A stretch of DNA of 63,943 nucleotides, the filler included, from Globobulimina sp. (lineage: Eukaryota), in the NCBI GenBank assembly GCA_003354225.1. It is 43 parts of 43 records of this genome, joined end to end, with 100 filler letters (N's around TTAATTAATTAA, not from the genome) between each part and the next. Parts side by side here need not be neighbours in the genome. Positions count along the whole stretch, not along the records: positions 62,556 to 63,943 come from PIVH01017482.1; 42 more parts are not named here. The stretch is one strand, 5' to 3'. The notes beneath the pieces were generated by a model. That model was not told where the DNA came from, searched no databases, and was given only the letters and a program-made list of their open reading frames with translations. Below, in pieces: positions 62,456-63,943 of the stretch. Both the position numbers and the translations under genes were made by a program. Within the stretch, counting starts at the first letter, position 1. Each line of letters opens with the position of its first letter.

Positions 62456-63243
62456 NNNNNNNNNNNNNNNNNNNNNNNNNNNNNNNNNNNNNNNNNNNNT
62501 TAATTAATTAANNNNNNNNNNNNNNNNNNNNNNNNNNNNNNNNNNNNNNNNNNNNCAAAGAGTTATTGCCCATGGTCAGCATACTTAGTTACAAAGTGAA
62601 GCACTCAAATGTTAGTAAAAATAGAAAATTTAAATGTTGATTGAAGAAATGAACTAAAAGCAAAAACCCTATTCGTGTCCATTTAGCGATTTATAACGTT
62701 TCTGTGAGTGTCAGAAGTTGTCATCTTTCAGACTCAAAAACTTCAGTTTACATCAAGAAAACACACATTTACACTCCGTTTAGGTCAACATGACCTCAAT
62801 GTCTTTTGGTGCCACACCAAGTCCATCAATGAATGGTGTGGCATCAATTCCAAATCAACCGTTTCTGCAAAGTGACATCATACGGCCGGTTGAATGATCA
62901 AACTGTACATCCAAATCAATTACAATCGATTTGGCATAATATATTCAAATTGGATGTCGATATTATCAATAAACAGTCAGATATTCCACAGAAACAATCA
63001 AAATGTTTCAAAACTATCAAACGCAAACAAACCAATAATAGATTGAAACAAATCAAAACTATCAAACGCAAATCAAAAAGCATCAAACGCAAATCCAAAA
63101 CTATTAAAAAGAGATCAACAACAAAGAAATCAAAACAAATCCATGGAAAACAAATCAAATCAAACAAACGAAAAAGAAAAAAGAAATAAAAGCAAATCAA
63201 ATCAAATCAACCATCATTTAATGCATCCATTGAACCTTTAAAT

Positions 63244-63943
63244 ATGCCACCAAATCAACCACCAAACGAAGATCAAAATAAATATGACGAAGATGAATTA
63301 AATCGATTACAACAAAGCTCAAATTTGAATTTATTGCCAACAATATCAAACAAAAAATACCATCAACATTTTAATAAATATAAAAAGTGGATCGATCGAT
63401 GGAATTTATCAATGAATGAGGAGACCACGATGATGTAGTTTGAAGTGATGAAAGAAAAAGGAGCAGCAGCAACGTCTATGTATACTTATTTCAGTGGCAT
63501 CAAAAGTATTTTATTAGTTTATCATGGTATTGATGCAAATAAATGGTTCAAAGCAAAAGCATGGCTCAAACGGTATATGGACGGCCAGATTATTATAAAG
63601 CGACCAGTATTTAAAGCAGAGGATATTAAACGTTTTCTATTGGATGCGGATGAGGAGCAATATAAGAATGAAAAGGTGGCATTAACGGTGGGATTATGTG
63701 GCTGCTTTCGAGGGATAGATTACACCTCGATATATCATAGAAAATGCGAGGAAATTAAAGTGGATATTTTTGTGACAAGTTAAGTTTGTACATATTTATA
63801 TATTCGGACTTTGTTTTTTTGATAAATACATATACAGAAAAAACAAAACAGTTCGAGTCGCGACAAATTGCACATATTCATCATTGGAAAGCGAAGACGA
63901 AGAAGTTCGTCAATTTTATGGTGACCCATAAGGTCTCGGCGGA
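63244..63943 (+). mobile_element. Crypton-like tyrosine recombinase; in-frame TAG at 63436-63438; intron 63779-63837; 3' partial
   Basis: LLPTISNKKY..F..W, IKRFLLDADEEQY..KVALTVGLCGCFR (catalytic Arg), spliced continuation KAKTKKFVNFMV. Confidence 0.75.

Noticed and set aside
1392-62555. Regularly spaced TTAATTAATTAA motif as a CRISPR-like or biological repeat
   Set aside because: Always embedded in 44-N pads; it is an assembly linker with stops in all six frames
62833-63200. Lys-rich 118-aa ORF and its antisense ORF upstream of the recombinase
   Set aside because: Derived from low-complexity AAATC/AAAC repeats; no coding signature
29850-63438. Stop-codon reassignment suggested by in-frame TGA/TAG/TAA in ART, Nod, GGDEF and YR genes
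   Set aside because: All three stop types occur, they are also used as true terminators, and MCM6, IFT172 and the M3 peptidase have none over more than 400 codons; pseudogenisation or error fits better
1-63943. Multi-gene system inferred from co-occurrence (MTase, helicase, YR, ART, Nod)
   Set aside because: These genes lie on separate contigs ordered only by length, so there is no linkage evidence

Overview
This window is not one locus. It is 43 unrelated contigs of about 1,388-1,391 bp, sorted by decreasing length and joined by 42 artificial 100-bp spacers (44 N + TTAATTAATTAA + 44 N), so gene neighbourhood has meaning only within a contig. Most contigs are AT-rich eukaryotic nuclear DNA with short (about 49-71 nt) GT-AG introns: MCM6, IFT172, Snf7, USP, thimet oligopeptidase, DH-PH-FYVE, G-alpha, RGS and a BLTP2/Hobbit-like gene. 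The gene families and style suggest a foraminiferan (Rhizaria), which is an inference. At least two contigs look bacterial (O-antigen ligase plus ABC transporter; GT-C-like membrane protein plus prepilin), and one resembles animal MITE-rich DNA. The most notable items are: (1) a phage-Dam-like NPPY DNA amino-methyltransferase fused to a Cys-rich finger and two Tudor-like domains; (2) a decayed nitric-oxide-dismutase-type (Nod) qNor homologue; (3) an intron-containing SAM-GGDEF-SAM gene; (4) a viral D5-like SF3 helicase with an intron inside Walker A; (5) a microbial-type class I terpene synthase; (6) several toxin-like R-S-E ADP-ribosyltransferase paralogues; (7) a Crypton-like tyrosine recombinase; (8) a Pro-rich/profilin-like fusion. 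All family calls come from motif recognition by eye, with no database searches.
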